DNA from: Amoebidium appalachense
Taxonomy: Eukaryota > Protista > Ichthyosporea
Reading direction: 5' to 3'
NCBI GenBank assembly: GCA_963693365.1
Contig: CAVNZM010000036.1
Coordinates: forward strand, 1-45,831
Length of the DNA: 45,831 nt
The position numbers and the translations under genes are program-made. Shown piece by piece: positions 28,448 to 38,465 of this stretch. Positions within the stretch are counted from its first letter, which is position 1. Every line of letters starts with the position of its first letter. The notes below the pieces were generated by a model. That model ran no database searches and had not been told where the DNA came from. It was given only the letters and a program-made list of their open reading frames with translations.

Positions 28448-29181
28448 GTGTTACCTACCGGGTTTAAATTGGCGCGCGCGGCCTGTAGGGCCAACATCCC
28501 CGTGCCAACCAGTCCGCCCGCCAGCCCACCCGCGAGTGGGCCCACCACGAAGACCCACAGGTGTGCACCCTCCTCGGCCCCGACCGCAGCCGCTATGCTG
28601 CGCGCAGGGTTGATGGAGCACCCGGTGAACGGGATCAGCAACATGTGCATGAGAAACACCACGGCCCCGATGGCGAGCGGCGCCACCACCGGCGCGATGT
28701 CCACCAGCTCGGGGTGCTTGCACACCACGGTCACCGTAAGCACCAGTACGGCGGTCGCGAGCAGCTCAAGCGCAATGGCCTCTGCCTCGGTTCCCGCGTA
28801 CACGCCGTTGACCCCGAACCCCCCGTGGTAGGCGGACGGGACCACCGCCCTGAGCAGTCCGACACCCACGATGCCGCCCACCACCTGGGCGGGCACGTAC
28901 AGCGCCAGCAGCGTGGGGTGCAACCAGCCGCCCGCGACGAGGCCCAGCGTCACGGCCGGGTTGAGATGACCCCCCGACACGGGCGCACACACGGCTACCA
29001 TCGCTCCCACCACGCCGCCGAAGCCCGCAGCCACGGCCAGTAGGTCGGCGGCGCCCGTTGCGCCGTGGGTCGCCACGCCCGTGGCCATGGCGATCCCGAT
29101 GGCCGTGAAGGTCAGCACCGCCGTGCCGAGCATTTCCGCAAGGAAGGTCGCGCCGTGTCGGATCACGAAGGGCAGCAGCAT
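28444..29181 (-). CDS. Aquaporin / MIP family channel
   Basis: AEMLGT, SGGHLNPAVT and GCSINPARS motifs; six hydrophobic segments. Confidence 0.95.
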   Translation of the reverse strand: MLLPFVIRHGATFLAEMLGTAVLTFTAIGIAMATGVATHGATGAADLLAVAAGFGGVVGAMVAVCAPVSGGHLNPAVTLGLVAGGWLHPTLLALYVPAQVVGGIVGVGLLRAVVPSAYHGGFGVNGVYAGTEAEAIALELLATAVLVLTVTVVCKHPELVDIAPVVAPLAIGAVVFLMHMLLIPFTGCSINPARSIAAAVGAEEGAHLWVFVVGPLAGGLAGGLVGTGMLALQAARANLNPVGNT

Positions 29182-29283
29182 TGAGAGCCGTGGAGATTTT
29201 TATTTTCGGAAGGCACGGTTGTGTGCGCACTACAGATAGGCACCCAGGGGCTCGATGGCGCTTCCGACGTGCACGGCTCTTGT

Positions 29284-30115
29284 TTACTTGTGGCGTATCG
29301 GGTTGGCGCTGGTCGCGACGGTGCGTTCGACGAGCATCGCGAGGCTCGTGTGCGGCGGGAACAGGTGGATGAGCTCGGTGGCGGTCTCGCTCGCGCTGTA
29401 GGGCTCGCGCAGCAGCTACGACAGAGTCGTGCCCCCTAGCGCGTGCGGCGTCGATCAGGTCAAAGTCGTAGTAGTCGAAGTAGGCCGTGCCGACCACGGC
29501 GCTGTAGTGCGCGCCGCTACGCATGAGCTCCGCCAGCCGGTCGACCTCGGTCATGAAGGCGCGGCGGTTCTGTGTCTTGGCAAGCACCTGCGAGAAGAGG
29601 TACCTGTCCCCGGGGTGTGTGGAGCCCGACTTGAGCCGCTGCCTGAAGTCCCAGCCGAGCAGCAGTAGCGCGTGTAGCTTGGTCGTGGCCACCAGGGGGT
29701 TCTCGAGCTTGAGGTACAGCGCGGTCGTCTCGGGCGCGGCGTAGTAGAACGTGTATGTCGGGGCGCGAGGATGCGGGCGAGCGTCTGCCGCGCGGCCGAA
29801 CCGTAGGACCTCGACGTATCCGCCGGCAAAGGACTCGAGGCGTGGGAACGGCCGTGCCGTGCACGCGTTGCCCGGCTCGCGGTACAGCTTGTCCCTGTTG
29901 CAGGCTGCGGGCCTCCTGCGCAGGAAGAAGTAGGCGTTTCGCGCGCGCAAATCGAACGGACACCCATCGGTCTTGTGCACGAGCTTGGCGTAGCGCGGGT
30001 TGCACCTCGCCGATCGAAGTGACGTGTAGTCGAACAGCTTTTTGGACCGGCCGCGTCGGAACAGGTGTGTGTATTGGTCAATCGGTGCGCGGGGGCGCGG
30101 GGGCTTCTCGCTCAT
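29284..30115 (-). CDS. Hypothetical protein (frameshift near 29417)
   Basis: Coding-like up to ARARGHDSVV; an alternative frame continues LLREPYSASETATELIHLF to TAA at 29284, which removes the overlap with the aquaporin. Confidence 0.6.
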
Positions 30116-30369
30116 TGTGGTTGGGTGGACCTTTTATCGGAATCCGGGGCACGTGTGGCCGCTTTGGCGCTGCGGGACTTGAAGATCTCCTCGTACATGC
30201 GCTCCATGGCCGTTCGCGGGGTCTCTTCGGTCACGTCGCGGCCGTTCAGCTGCAGGTACGTCACGAGCTGGCCGGTCGACAGGTGGTCCGCGAGGCCAGC
30301 GCGTGGTCGTTTGTGTCGGGGGTGCCTGGCCGGTAAGAGTTGGGGCTTCTGGCTCTTCTGCTTCGGCAT
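30112..30369 (-). CDS. Small basic protein with HeH/LEM/SAP-like motif
   Basis: LSTGQLVTYLQLNGRDVTEETPRTAMERMY; AAATGTGCGC upstream. Confidence 0.5.
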   Translation of the reverse strand: MPKQKSQKPQLLPARHPRHKRPRAGLADHLSTGQLVTYLQLNGRDVTEETPRTAMERMYEEIFKSRSAKAATRAPDSDKRSTQPQ

Positions 30370-30389
30370 CTACGGGGGGCGCACATTTC

Positions 30390-30773
30390 TCATTCCAGCA
30401 CACGCTTGGGCTGTGTGAGCACCAGCGCCTCGCGCGGGCCGCCGGCGGTCTTGCCGCCCTTGACGTACCAGCCGTCGACCTTGTACGCGTCGCAGATCTT
30501 CTGGGCGCGCAGCTGCTGCGCGGGCGTCAGGCGCGGGCGCCGCGCGAGGGCCACGAGGAACTGCTTCTCCGGAGTTGGCTGGCCCAGGTCGGGCAGCAGC
30601 AGCACCAGGTCCGTCTTCACCGTGTACTGCACGGCATGCACGCGACGGCGGCCCAGGTGGCGGCCGTTGCTCAGTATGCGCGCGCCCTTCTTCACGGCAA
30701 GCGTCACGTGGCCGTCGTGGTGGCGCGCGTTGCACATCTTGCGGTCGAGACACAATCCGCTTGTGGCAGCCAT
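30390..30773 (-). CDS. Hypothetical protein
   Basis: 127 aa ATG ORF with GC3 bias, tightly packed. Confidence 0.65.
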   Translation of the reverse strand: MAATSGLCLDRKMCNARHHDGHVTLAVKKGARILSNGRHLGRRRVHAVQYTVKTDLVLLLPDLGQPTPEKQFLVALARRPRLTPAQQLRAQKICDAYKVDGWYVKGGKTAGGPREALVLTQPKRVLE

Positions 30774-30790
30774 CTAGGTGTGCGTGCGAT

Positions 30791-30949
30791 TTAAGCGTAC
30801 AGATGGTTCAGGTCGTTGAGAATGTGCATGACCGAGGCGACCAGCACGAGCGCTGCGGCCAGCAGGCGCACGTAGCGCAGCGTCCATTCGAAGTTCCATG
30901 CCTCGGGGAGAATGCGGAGGCCGGCAAGTTCCATTGCGGTGGGGGACAT
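30791..30949 (-). CDS. Small (52 aa) membrane protein
   Basis: Manual translation MSPTAMELAGLRILPEAWNFEWTLRYVRLLAAALVLVASVMHILNDLNHLYA*; below the ORF-track cutoff. Confidence 0.5.
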   Translation of the reverse strand: MSPTAMELAGLRILPEAWNFEWTLRYVRLLAAALVLVASVMHILNDLNHLYA

Positions 30950-31118
30950 AAGAGCTGGGGGGCAGTGTCGCAGCTAGTGAAAGGCTCGTGTCGGACACCG
31001 GCATTTAGTCCCCCGCAGGTGACCTAATACGTGAGCTGCACGAAGTGCTACGCCGATCCACCCCGCTGGCTTAAAGTATAAAAGGCGTGCGCGGCAACGG
31101 ATGCCTCAGTCCGCACCA

Positions 31119-31382
31119 ATGGCCATTCCTCCTCCTCCTGCTGACTTGGCCGCCACCCTCGGCCCCAAGACTGCGCTGCTGGGCGCGTTCGCCAAGTTCT
31201 GGGACCTGGACAGCGACATCGACGAGCTCGCCATCAACGAGGATCTGAGCGGGGCACGCGTGCAGGCGCTGCTGTTCAACTACAACGCAGACAGGAACGG
31301 CAGGGTTGCAATAGTGGAGCATCTTCGGACACACCAATACGTGATCGAGGGCACCGACTTCCGCTTTGAAGTGACCGGGTAA
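31119..31382 (+). CDS. Small helical protein, weakly death-fold-like
   Basis: TATAAAAG at 31077 and TCAGT at 31106 place the start at ATG 31119. Confidence 0.6.
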   Translation: MAIPPPPADLAATLGPKTALLGAFAKFWDLDSDIDELAINEDLSGARVQALLFNYNADRNGRVAIVEHLRTHQYVIEGTDFRFEVTG

Positions 31383-31655
31383 GACTCCAGTTCAAAGTTA
31401 AATTTTTAACGATTGGCTGTAATTTGCAACCCATGCCAAGCAAAATCGTGATTGGTCGAGGGCACCTGAAAAGTGTTTACGAGGGCAGGGATTTCAGGCT
31501 CTGTTCTGTGAGGTAAGGTCGTCTAGGAAAAGGTGTTTTTCCTTTTTGATTTGTTCAATTTAAATCAGCGGGATCGTGCAGTTGTATTTAGTTCCCTGAG
31601 GGTGACCCAATTCGTGATTGGTCGAATTGGTACGGGTGGGTGAATTGCAGTAAAA

Positions 31656-32461
31656 ATGCCCAAACGCCAGGATGAACTAAAACGTGTCGCCACAGACCCG
31701 CTGGACGCGGCCGCCCCGTGACCGAGATCTACATGAACCCCAAGACCTTCAAGCTCCTGGTGATGACGGTCCAGACTGCCATCGGAAACGAGGTGCGCTA
31801 CTACTACTGGCGCGTCGAGCAGGCGTTCAAGATCCTGCACCGCGAGAACCGCGTGCAGGCCCAGGCCGCGCTCGTCGAGGCCACCGCGCGCGCGCAAGAG
31901 AACGAGGCCCGTGCCGCAGCGCTGTCCGCGAGCCTTTTGAAGATCGAGACCTGGTACACCGAAACCGCCGAGCTGCTGGACACAGCCAACGAGCGCCTGG
32001 AGATGTACGAGTGCGACACCGACCATCCCCAGCGCATCGTGTCCCTGCCACCCGGAACGTCCCCGAACACGCACTGTCTGGACACGGCCTACGGCCGCGA
32101 GCTCGCGCGCAAGGTGTTCCACGACGCCGCCGTGCTTCTGTGGCGCAACCACCAGGACTTCGAGCACCGCTTCGATCCGGCCTACTGGAACAGTCTCGTC
32201 AACTGGCACCTGACCGTGGACCCCGCACAGTCCGTGTACCGCTCTCACATCAACGTGTACACGGCACTGTGCAAGGCCGCCTACACGCTGCACGGCGTGC
32301 CCAAGGTGACCAACCTCACCTACAACCAGCTCTACGACGTGCTGCGCCGCCTGGCCCGTGTGCTCGGTAGCTGCCTGGTGCAACAGGCCGAGCTCGAGAT
32401 GGTCTTCGGCGACCAGCTCGACAGGCACACACAGACCACATTGGACACGTTTATGGCTTGA
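31656..32461 (+). CDS. MSV199/antirepressor-like motif + coiled-coil protein (frameshift at the C4 run near 31715)
   Basis: IYMNPKTFKLLVMTVQTAIGNEVRYYYWRVE; AAAAATG at 31656 joins ORF 31718 if one C is added. Confidence 0.6.
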
Positions 32462-32514
32462 TTTTCATATGTGTCTGGGACTCAGAAATGGTTGGTGTAT
32501 TTGTTTAATTTCCG

Positions 32515-33357
32515 TTACAACCCGCCCGCCTCCAGGGCAGCGGCGATGGACACCGCGGTCCCAATAAACACCTCCCTACCAAACAGTCTGTACGTACGCC
32601 GTGTCACTATCCCTACCACGCACCCCCTCAGGTCCACCAGCGGCCCGCCCGAGTTGCCGCGGTCCACAGCGCCGCTGAACACCAGGTGCTCGCGCACATC
32701 CCCGCGCCGCTGCGGCTCACGGTCGACCGCCAGCAGCTTGCCGACCGTGAACTGCACGCCCTCGTGTCCCGCGGGGAGCCCGATGGCCACCACGGTCATG
32801 TCCGGGTCCGTGGGAGTCGCGTAGTAGCGGCACAGTCGGTCGTCGGCCGCCGCGTGGGTGTAGGGCGCGTGGAGCACCGTGAAGTCGTACCGACCGCTCT
32901 TGTACCGCACCGTCGCGTTCGCCACCGTGCCGTCCGCAAACTCCACCGCCAGGGCCCACGGGTGCCGCGTGGGCGGGCCGTGGCTGCAGGTGAGCACGAA
33001 CACCCCGCGGCCGCTGCCGTCCGGCACGTACACGCCCGAGGTCCACCCGGACGGCGTGGACGAGTGCGCCACGCGCACGATGTGGTTGCGCGCCACGTGT
33101 GCAACCGGGGGATATCTGTCGACGTGTGCGATGCCCTCGTACCGGAACACAAGGTCCTCCCCACCGGTCGCTCCCCAATAGCGCCTCAGCAGCCTCCCCG
33201 GAGGGACTTCGATCTGCCCGGAGGCCGGCTGGGGCACGACGTGCTCAAACACCGGGGCCCACGCCGTGCGTGCTTGTGCCTCGCCGGCATCCAGGGCAAG
33301 TGTGTTGGCAACTACACCGACAGCCAACAGACTCAATGCCCGAACGATGCGCATCAT
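32515..33357 (-). CDS. Secreted trypsin-like serine protease
   Basis: Signal peptide; catalytic triad motifs VLTCSH, YDFTVL and GNSGGPLVD...VVGI. Confidence 0.85.
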   Translation of the reverse strand: MMRIVRALSLLAVGVVANTLALDAGEAQARTAWAPVFEHVVPQPASGQIEVPPGRLLRRYWGATGGEDLVFRYEGIAHVDRYPPVAHVARNHIVRVAHSSTPSGWTSGVYVPDGSGRGVFVLTCSHGPPTRHPWALAVEFADGTVANATVRYKSGRYDFTVLHAPYTHAAADDRLCRYYATPTDPDMTVVAIGLPAGHEGVQFTVGKLLAVDREPQRRGDVREHLVFSGAVDRGNSGGPLVDLRGCVVGIVTRRTYRLFGREVFIGTAVSIAAALEAGGL

Positions 33358-33555
33358 GACGACGCTGATATGCACATGTGAAGGTCGAGATGGTTTGGGC
33401 GTGACTGTATAGATTGCAGCGCGTACGCGATGGGTGGGTGGCTTTCATTGGATGTGGTTAGACTAGCCGACCAATCACACCCCCCCGCCCACGACTCGAC
33501 CCGAATCGACTATCCGAACCGCCGAACACCCCGACCCGACCCGACAGTCGGATGC

Positions 33556-34623
33556 TCAGAGCGTGTCGTCCTTGTCGGTCTTTGTGTTGAGCACGTCCAC
33601 AAGCCGCCGCTTGCGCGCGAGCATGCGCCGCCGCGTCTCGTCGTCCACGTACGCCTCGTCGTCCGACGTGTCCACGTCCTCCCCGCACGCGCGGCGGGAC
33701 TCCTTCTCGGTCACGTACGCGCCGTACAGGTTGGTCAGCACGCGGTCGCCCTTGTTGACGGGATGCGGCAGGCCGGCCACCAGGTCCGGGAGGCGCGGCG
33801 TGCACTTCTGCACGCGCACGCGCACGTACTGCACGCGCAGCATCTCGTAGCGCGCAAGCAGTGTCTCGTGGTCGTCCTTGAGCTTGTTGAACTGGACCTC
33901 CTTCTGTTGGAGCGCCGCGATGCGCGCGTTCAGATTGCGGATGTGCTCGATGTAGCGCTCGCACTCTGGGTTGGACTTCTTGAACCCCGCGACCTGCTCC
34001 TTAAGCAGCTCGTTCTCGCGCTTGGCTGCTTCCAGCTTCGCCTTGTCCTCCGTTGACTTGCTCAGCTCGTCGTACTTGGCGCGCAGGCCGATAAGCTCCT
34101 TGTTGTTGGTCGCTGCCTGTTCGATTGTCTCACGGAACTCGCGCAGCTCGAACATGACCGATCGCGCCGTGGTGTCGTCCAGGCCGGCCGCCACGAGCAT
34201 CGTGTGGTCGCCCAGGCCCTGTAGGATACGGACTAGTACCTGTGATATCTTGCGTGCCATGGCGCCCTTGTCCATGCCGCTCGCCAGCCCCCGTTTAGTG
34301 ATTCCAGATACATCGACAAGGATTTCGAATTGCCGGAGCGTTGTCTTCTCGACATCTGATGTGTCGGGTAGATTGGCTTCCAGTTTCAGCGTGGCCGTTG
34401 AATGGTCGTCGCTCTCACTATCGCGAATCAGTTCGGATATCTTCGGGGGGAGTTTTTGCATGATGTCTTGGATCGCGCGGTTGTAGATGCCCATTACGAT
34501 CTCGGTCCTGCTTGTCACCTTCTGCATCTTCTCCACCAGCTGGTTGATATCGACTATGCCATTTTTCCGGATGTCCGCAAAGAAGTCCACGAGAGTCCGG
34601 TCAACGGTAAAAGGCGCCGCCAT
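33556..34623 (-). CDS. Coiled-coil protein
   Basis: 355 aa ORF with long heptad segments. Confidence 0.8.
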   Translation of the reverse strand: MAAPFTVDRTLVDFFADIRKNGIVDINQLVEKMQKVTSRTEIVMGIYNRAIQDIMQKLPPKISELIRDSESDDHSTATLKLEANLPDTSDVEKTTLRQFEILVDVSGITKRGLASGMDKGAMARKISQVLVRILQGLGDHTMLVAAGLDDTTARSVMFELREFRETIEQAATNNKELIGLRAKYDELSKSTEDKAKLEAAKRENELLKEQVAGFKKSNPECERYIEHIRNLNARIAALQQKEVQFNKLKDDHETLLARYEMLRVQYVRVRVQKCTPRLPDLVAGLPHPVNKGDRVLTNLYGAYVTEKESRRACGEDVDTSDDEAYVDDETRRRMLARKRRLVDVLNTKTDKDDTL

Positions 34624-34692
34624 CAGTTAGCACTTACAAACATAATCACACGGTCCCGTGCGCGCAGCGCAATTTTGTCGCCTACGTCCCAT

Positions 34693-34920
34693 ATGGGCGT
34701 CGGCAATGAGATCGTTGTCTTTGTCCTCTGGATTGTGGCGGTCGCCGCGCTGGCTTCGTTTATACGCTTTTACAAAGCCATGGAGAGCGAGAAGTGCGTC
34801 GAGCCGGTCGTGAAGACCGAGTTCCGCGTCTGGTACAACGCCTCCTTGTACGTGTGTGGCGGAGTTTTCTTCCTGTATCTGGGCCGTATGGCCTACATTC
34901 TGAACCACAACGCCGACTAG
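34693..34920 (+). CDS. Small two-TM membrane protein
   Basis: ATG 34693; two hydrophobic helices. Confidence 0.65.
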   Translation: MGVGNEIVVFVLWIVAVAALASFIRFYKAMESEKCVEPVVKTEFRVWYNASLYVCGGVFFLYLGRMAYILNHNAD

Positions 34921-34959
34921 AAAAGCAGGCGTCTGTTTTGTTTCGCGCCATTTATTAGC

Positions 34960-35355
34960 ATGGGCGCCGCCACATCGCAACCGGTCGTGTGCCTCCCCGC
35001 TCACACCTACTTCGTGACGACCGACGCGGACCCGTCGCTCGTTCTTGTGACGAGGCGGCTTGCCGGAACCCTCACCGTCGACTGCACCCGTGTCGTCGTG
35101 TGGGCAACCACGCGCCCACTCTACCTACTGCCGACCACGCACCTGCGCAACATCCACCCCGACAAGTTTTCCACGGTCGCCGTTCAGCACGGCTGCGACG
35201 CACTCATTGCCGAGCGCCTTGTCCTCGGCGCGGACCCCGAATCCCTCGACCTCGTCCAGCTGGCCGAACTATCCCCCAGGGACTTTCGCTTGTACCGCCG
35301 CGCGTTTCTTCGCGAAACCGTGACCACAGACATCAACCGGGCCCAAGCGTGCTAG
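34960..35355 (+). CDS. Hypothetical protein with N-myristoylation motif
   Basis: Starts MGAATS (MGxxxS). Confidence 0.6.
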   Translation: MGAATSQPVVCLPAHTYFVTTDADPSLVLVTRRLAGTLTVDCTRVVVWATTRPLYLLPTTHLRNIHPDKFSTVAVQHGCDALIAERLVLGADPESLDLVQLAELSPRDFRLYRRAFLRETVTTDINRAQAC

Positions 35356-36001
35356 GGTCGCACCACACCAGGTCCTTGAGGAACAGCCCAATGTTGAAAT
35401 ACTGCACGAGGTTGTTGAGGCCGGCAAGGAATGGCCGCCGGAACATGGGATTGCCGGGCATGCCCGGCACGGGATGGTTCCATCGTGACCGCAGGGCCAC
35501 GTCAAACACGTCGTCCGCATGAAACCAATGCATGGTCCGCTTCTCCAGGAAGTCGTACTTAACGCGCAACGCCCCGTCACGTACTTCGGTCGCGCCTGGT
35601 AGTGCAAGCTGCCCCGCCACAAGCGCGTGGCGCGCTGCCTCGAATCGGCGCGGTAGGTGCGGGTCAAAAGGGATCTGCACCATGTACGTAATAAAGTAGC
35701 GGTTCTGCCCGGCCGCACCCGCAAACCGCAGCACGTACGCGCGGTCGCGCAGGATGCCCTCGAGCACGGGGCGCGGCATCACCGTGTCCAGTGTCTCCTC
35801 GTAGAACTCCATGACGGTGGTCTCCTCCACGGTCAGGCCCGGCTTGAGGCGCCCCCCAAACACCCCATAGCGCCCGTCGCTGTCCTCCTGCCCCAACAGG
35901 AACAGCACGCGCCGGTCGTGCACGGCGTAGGGCAGCACACCGGCGCCGATGATGCGGCAGTCGTCGTCGTGGTAGGGGATGCACATGTCCAGGACCTTCA
36001 T
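35333..36001 (-). CDS. NUDIX hydrolase
   Basis: GAGVLPY...FLLGQE...FGGRLKPGLTVEETTVMEFYEET, a variant Nudix box. Confidence 0.8.
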   Translation of the reverse strand: MKVLDMCIPYHDDDCRIIGAGVLPYAVHDRRVLFLLGQEDSDGRYGVFGGRLKPGLTVEETTVMEFYEETLDTVMPRPVLEGILRDRAYVLRFAGAAGQNRYFITYMVQIPFDPHLPRRFEAARHALVAGQLALPGATEVRDGALRVKYDFLEKRTMHWFHADDVFDVALRSRWNHPVPGMPGNPMFRRPFLAGLNNLVQYFNIGLFLKDLVWCDPSTLGPG

Positions 36002-36045
36002 CGAGTGGGGGGGAGATAATCTGGAGGTGCGGGGGATTTCAGGGC

Positions 36046-38442
36046 CTACTCCACTGTCCAAGACGAGTTGCTGAGTGTTACAACGTCGCCATAATCCTTT
36101 CGCAACATCACGAACAACACGCCAGCAGGGCTCCGCCCGGGCCCGTTGTTTGTTACCGTGACCGTTATCGTGTTTACCGACAGGCTTAGAGTGGTTTCAA
36201 ACTTTGGATAGCCTGGCGTGGTCCAGCTGTTTTCTGGCACCGTTGCAACAGTGACACCGTTGATGGCAACGGTGGCCGTGTTGTCGCAAACCACATGCAT
36301 GACGATTACTTGAGAACCGTAACTACCAACGACTTTCTTGAACGTGCAAACCCCAGGATCCGCGCCTAAATTGGCGTTCGGGTGGCTCCAAATCCACCGG
36401 GCATTTGGATGCGGGAACTGGCATGCGGTCCCCCAGGGAGCTACCGCGGCGTCGTACCTCCCGGACTCCCCTGCCCACCGCGTGATGCGCCCCCGTTCCC
36501 ACTGAACAAGTACCCCCTTCAGCTTTTGGGTCTCCGTAGGCACCTCGTCCTCACGCACGTACGTGCGCTGCGACCTTTCGCTCCAAGCCGGGATGCTCGT
36601 GTCGCTGTTGGCCCAGGGCGTTAGGGGCCACGCGGCCACGGCCTTGCGCATAAAGCAGTAGCCGTACCTTCCGCCGCTATTAAGTGCGGGCGCGTACCCA
36701 AACTGCACACAGTTAAATGTGGCCTCCGCGCGGGCCATGCATTGTACCGCACTCCCAAAACCCCAGTTGCTGGCGTCTTGCCAGTCGTTGTAGGTGTTGG
36801 TGGTGGAGTGATCCGCTAGCTGGTCGAACATGTACCAGCGCATCCGCAGGAAGGGCGTGTACAGGTACCAGCCGGCCCAGTCGTTCCAGCGCCAAGGCGC
36901 CCTCGGAGCCGTGCTGGAGTAGTAGGTGGCTGCGATGTAGCTTGAGCCGTTCACGGTCGCCGCTGGCACAAGCTGTGAAATCATGTCCTCTCGTGCGTGT
37001 GAAGACATGGTATCCACACCCGCCGCTGGTTGCAAGTCGCTGTCAGCCAGAGTGTTCAGATCGGATAGAGCAACAGTTCCGCTATATATCCCCCAAGGTT
37101 GGCGGACCTGGTACGTATGGAACAACCCTATATGGCCGTTGGCGTCCGCATACTCTACGAGTCGGGCAAAGTCGTGGGTCCCGACGGGGCTTGCCCCAAA
37201 AATAGGGCCCGTTCCAACTAAAACCATAACCTTTTGCGCTAACTGTATCCATCGGTGCCTGGTGGTCTGGGGTGCCACACACACATAGTCCCAGCTGCTG
37301 TCGTCAAACATGTACATCCTCTGCTGGCTGGACTCCACCTCTGCTTCACCCCCAGCCTCCCAGCGCCCAAACGCGTTGAAGTACTCGCAGTAAATCAGAT
37401 ACAGCTGCCGTCGCGCGGGCATGCTGCTTGCGTACGAACCCGTTATCGCCCCTGTTGGCGGTCCCCCTACCTTGGACCTCCGGAAGGCCATGTATCCAGG
37501 CTTGGGGGCGATGTAGAAGAACACGCTGGTAGTAATACACCGTTCGCCCCCGAGGGGTCCAACTGTGTAGACGGCCACGGGATTGGTGTTGTTCACGCTC
37601 ACGATCTTGCAAGGCATCAGCCCGTGTTCCTTCGTGACACAGAAGCCCCCCCACACCGGCCCGATCTCGTCGCATTGGAACGCCACCGCGTTGCGAGGCG
37701 GTACGGCCCTCCGCACCAGTGTGTACGTCTCAAACTCGACCTCGTTGCATGCCAGCCGCCGCACGTCTCGCCCAATGGCCTCGGGGTCAGAGCAGTGCAG
37801 CGCCACGTTGCGCACGCCCACCTCGCTGTAGCTACTGCCCGTCTGTCCCCCGATGCAGACATAGCTGCTGCTTGGCGACACGGTCGTCCACACAGCCTCG
37901 GTCGTGATGGTGCTAGTGGCGACCCCGTGCACGTACGTCACCCACTTGCTCTGGACCACGTCAAGGACCACCGGCGTCCAGGCCTCTGCCGTCGTGTACC
38001 CGGGATCTAGCTCCACGGGCTGTGTAAGTGTCTCGGTGCTCAGCGTGCCAGTCTGTGTGTCCATGGTCAGCCGCAGGTCCACGTTGGTGCTGGTGCTGCT
38101 TGACGCATGCCCCAGAACGGGGCTCCACACTGCCGCCCAGATCTTCGTGCCGGGCAGCGCCGTGATGCGCTTTACACGCACCTCGAAGCTGAGAGTGAAC
38201 CTCCCGCCCGCATGCACGGGCCAGAACACGTAGCCCAGCTGGTTGGCCGTACCCGGGGTCAGCCGTATCTCCCGGTTTGTCTTGTCCATGTACGCACAGC
38301 CGCCCAGGTGGCCTGTGGCCGGGGCCTGCCAGCCCGTTGCGGCCCACACATCCGGGGTCTCCCAGACCAGGCACCTCGAGCCCTGCCGGCTGTTCGGCAG
38401 CCATGCGATGCGAGCTGTCAGGGCACTCACACGGTCGCCCAT
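36046..38442 (-). CDS. Lectin-domain surface/fibre protein A (L-type lectin-like + DM9-like repeats + C-terminal beta-sandwich)
   Basis: Start inferred at ATG 38442 (MGDRVSALTARI) by homology to its paralogs; GCAYM...EIRLT...GYVFW; VPPRNAV...HGLMPCKI; C-terminal ARWIW...F.K...CDNTATVAING. Confidence 0.65.
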   Translation of the reverse strand: MGDRVSALTARIAWLPNSRQGSRCLVWETPDVWAATGWQAPATGHLGGCAYMDKTNREIRLTPGTANQLGYVFWPVHAGGRFTLSFEVRVKRITALPGTKIWAAVWSPVLGHASSSTSTNVDLRLTMDTQTGTLSTETLTQPVELDPGYTTAEAWTPVVLDVVQSKWVTYVHGVATSTITTEAVWTTVSPSSSYVCIGGQTGSSYSEVGVRNVALHCSDPEAIGRDVRRLACNEVEFETYTLVRRAVPPRNAVAFQCDEIGPVWGGFCVTKEHGLMPCKIVSVNNTNPVAVYTVGPLGGERCITTSVFFYIAPKPGYMAFRRSKVGGPPTGAITGSYASSMPARRQLYLIYCEYFNAFGRWEAGGEAEVESSQQRMYMFDDSSWDYVCVAPQTTRHRWIQLAQKVMVLVGTGPIFGASPVGTHDFARLVEYADANGHIGLFHTYQVRQPWGIYSGTVALSDLNTLADSDLQPAAGVDTMSSHAREDMISQLVPAATVNGSSYIAATYYSSTAPRAPWRWNDWAGWYLYTPFLRMRWYMFDQLADHSTTNTYNDWQDASNWGFGSAVQCMARAEATFNCVQFGYAPALNSGGRYGYCFMRKAVAAWPLTPWANSDTSIPAWSERSQRTYVREDEVPTETQKLKGVLVQWERGRITRWAGESGRYDAAVAPWGTACQFPHPNARWIWSHPNANLGADPGVCTFKKVVGSYGSQVIVMHVVCDNTATVAINGVTVATVPENSWTTPGYPKFETTLSLSVNTITVTVTNNGPGRSPAGVLFVMLRKDYGDVVTLSNSSWTVE

Positions 38443-38465
38443 AATGCAGTCCCCCACAAAATGTG

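Noticed and set aside
28766-30115. 449-aa ORF overlapping the aquaporin
   Set aside because: The extension results from a frameshift near 29417; the probable stop is at 29284.
33490-33552. CCGAC/CCGAA short repeats as another iteron array
   Set aside because: Short, irregularly spaced, almost all one orientation and no AT-rich core.
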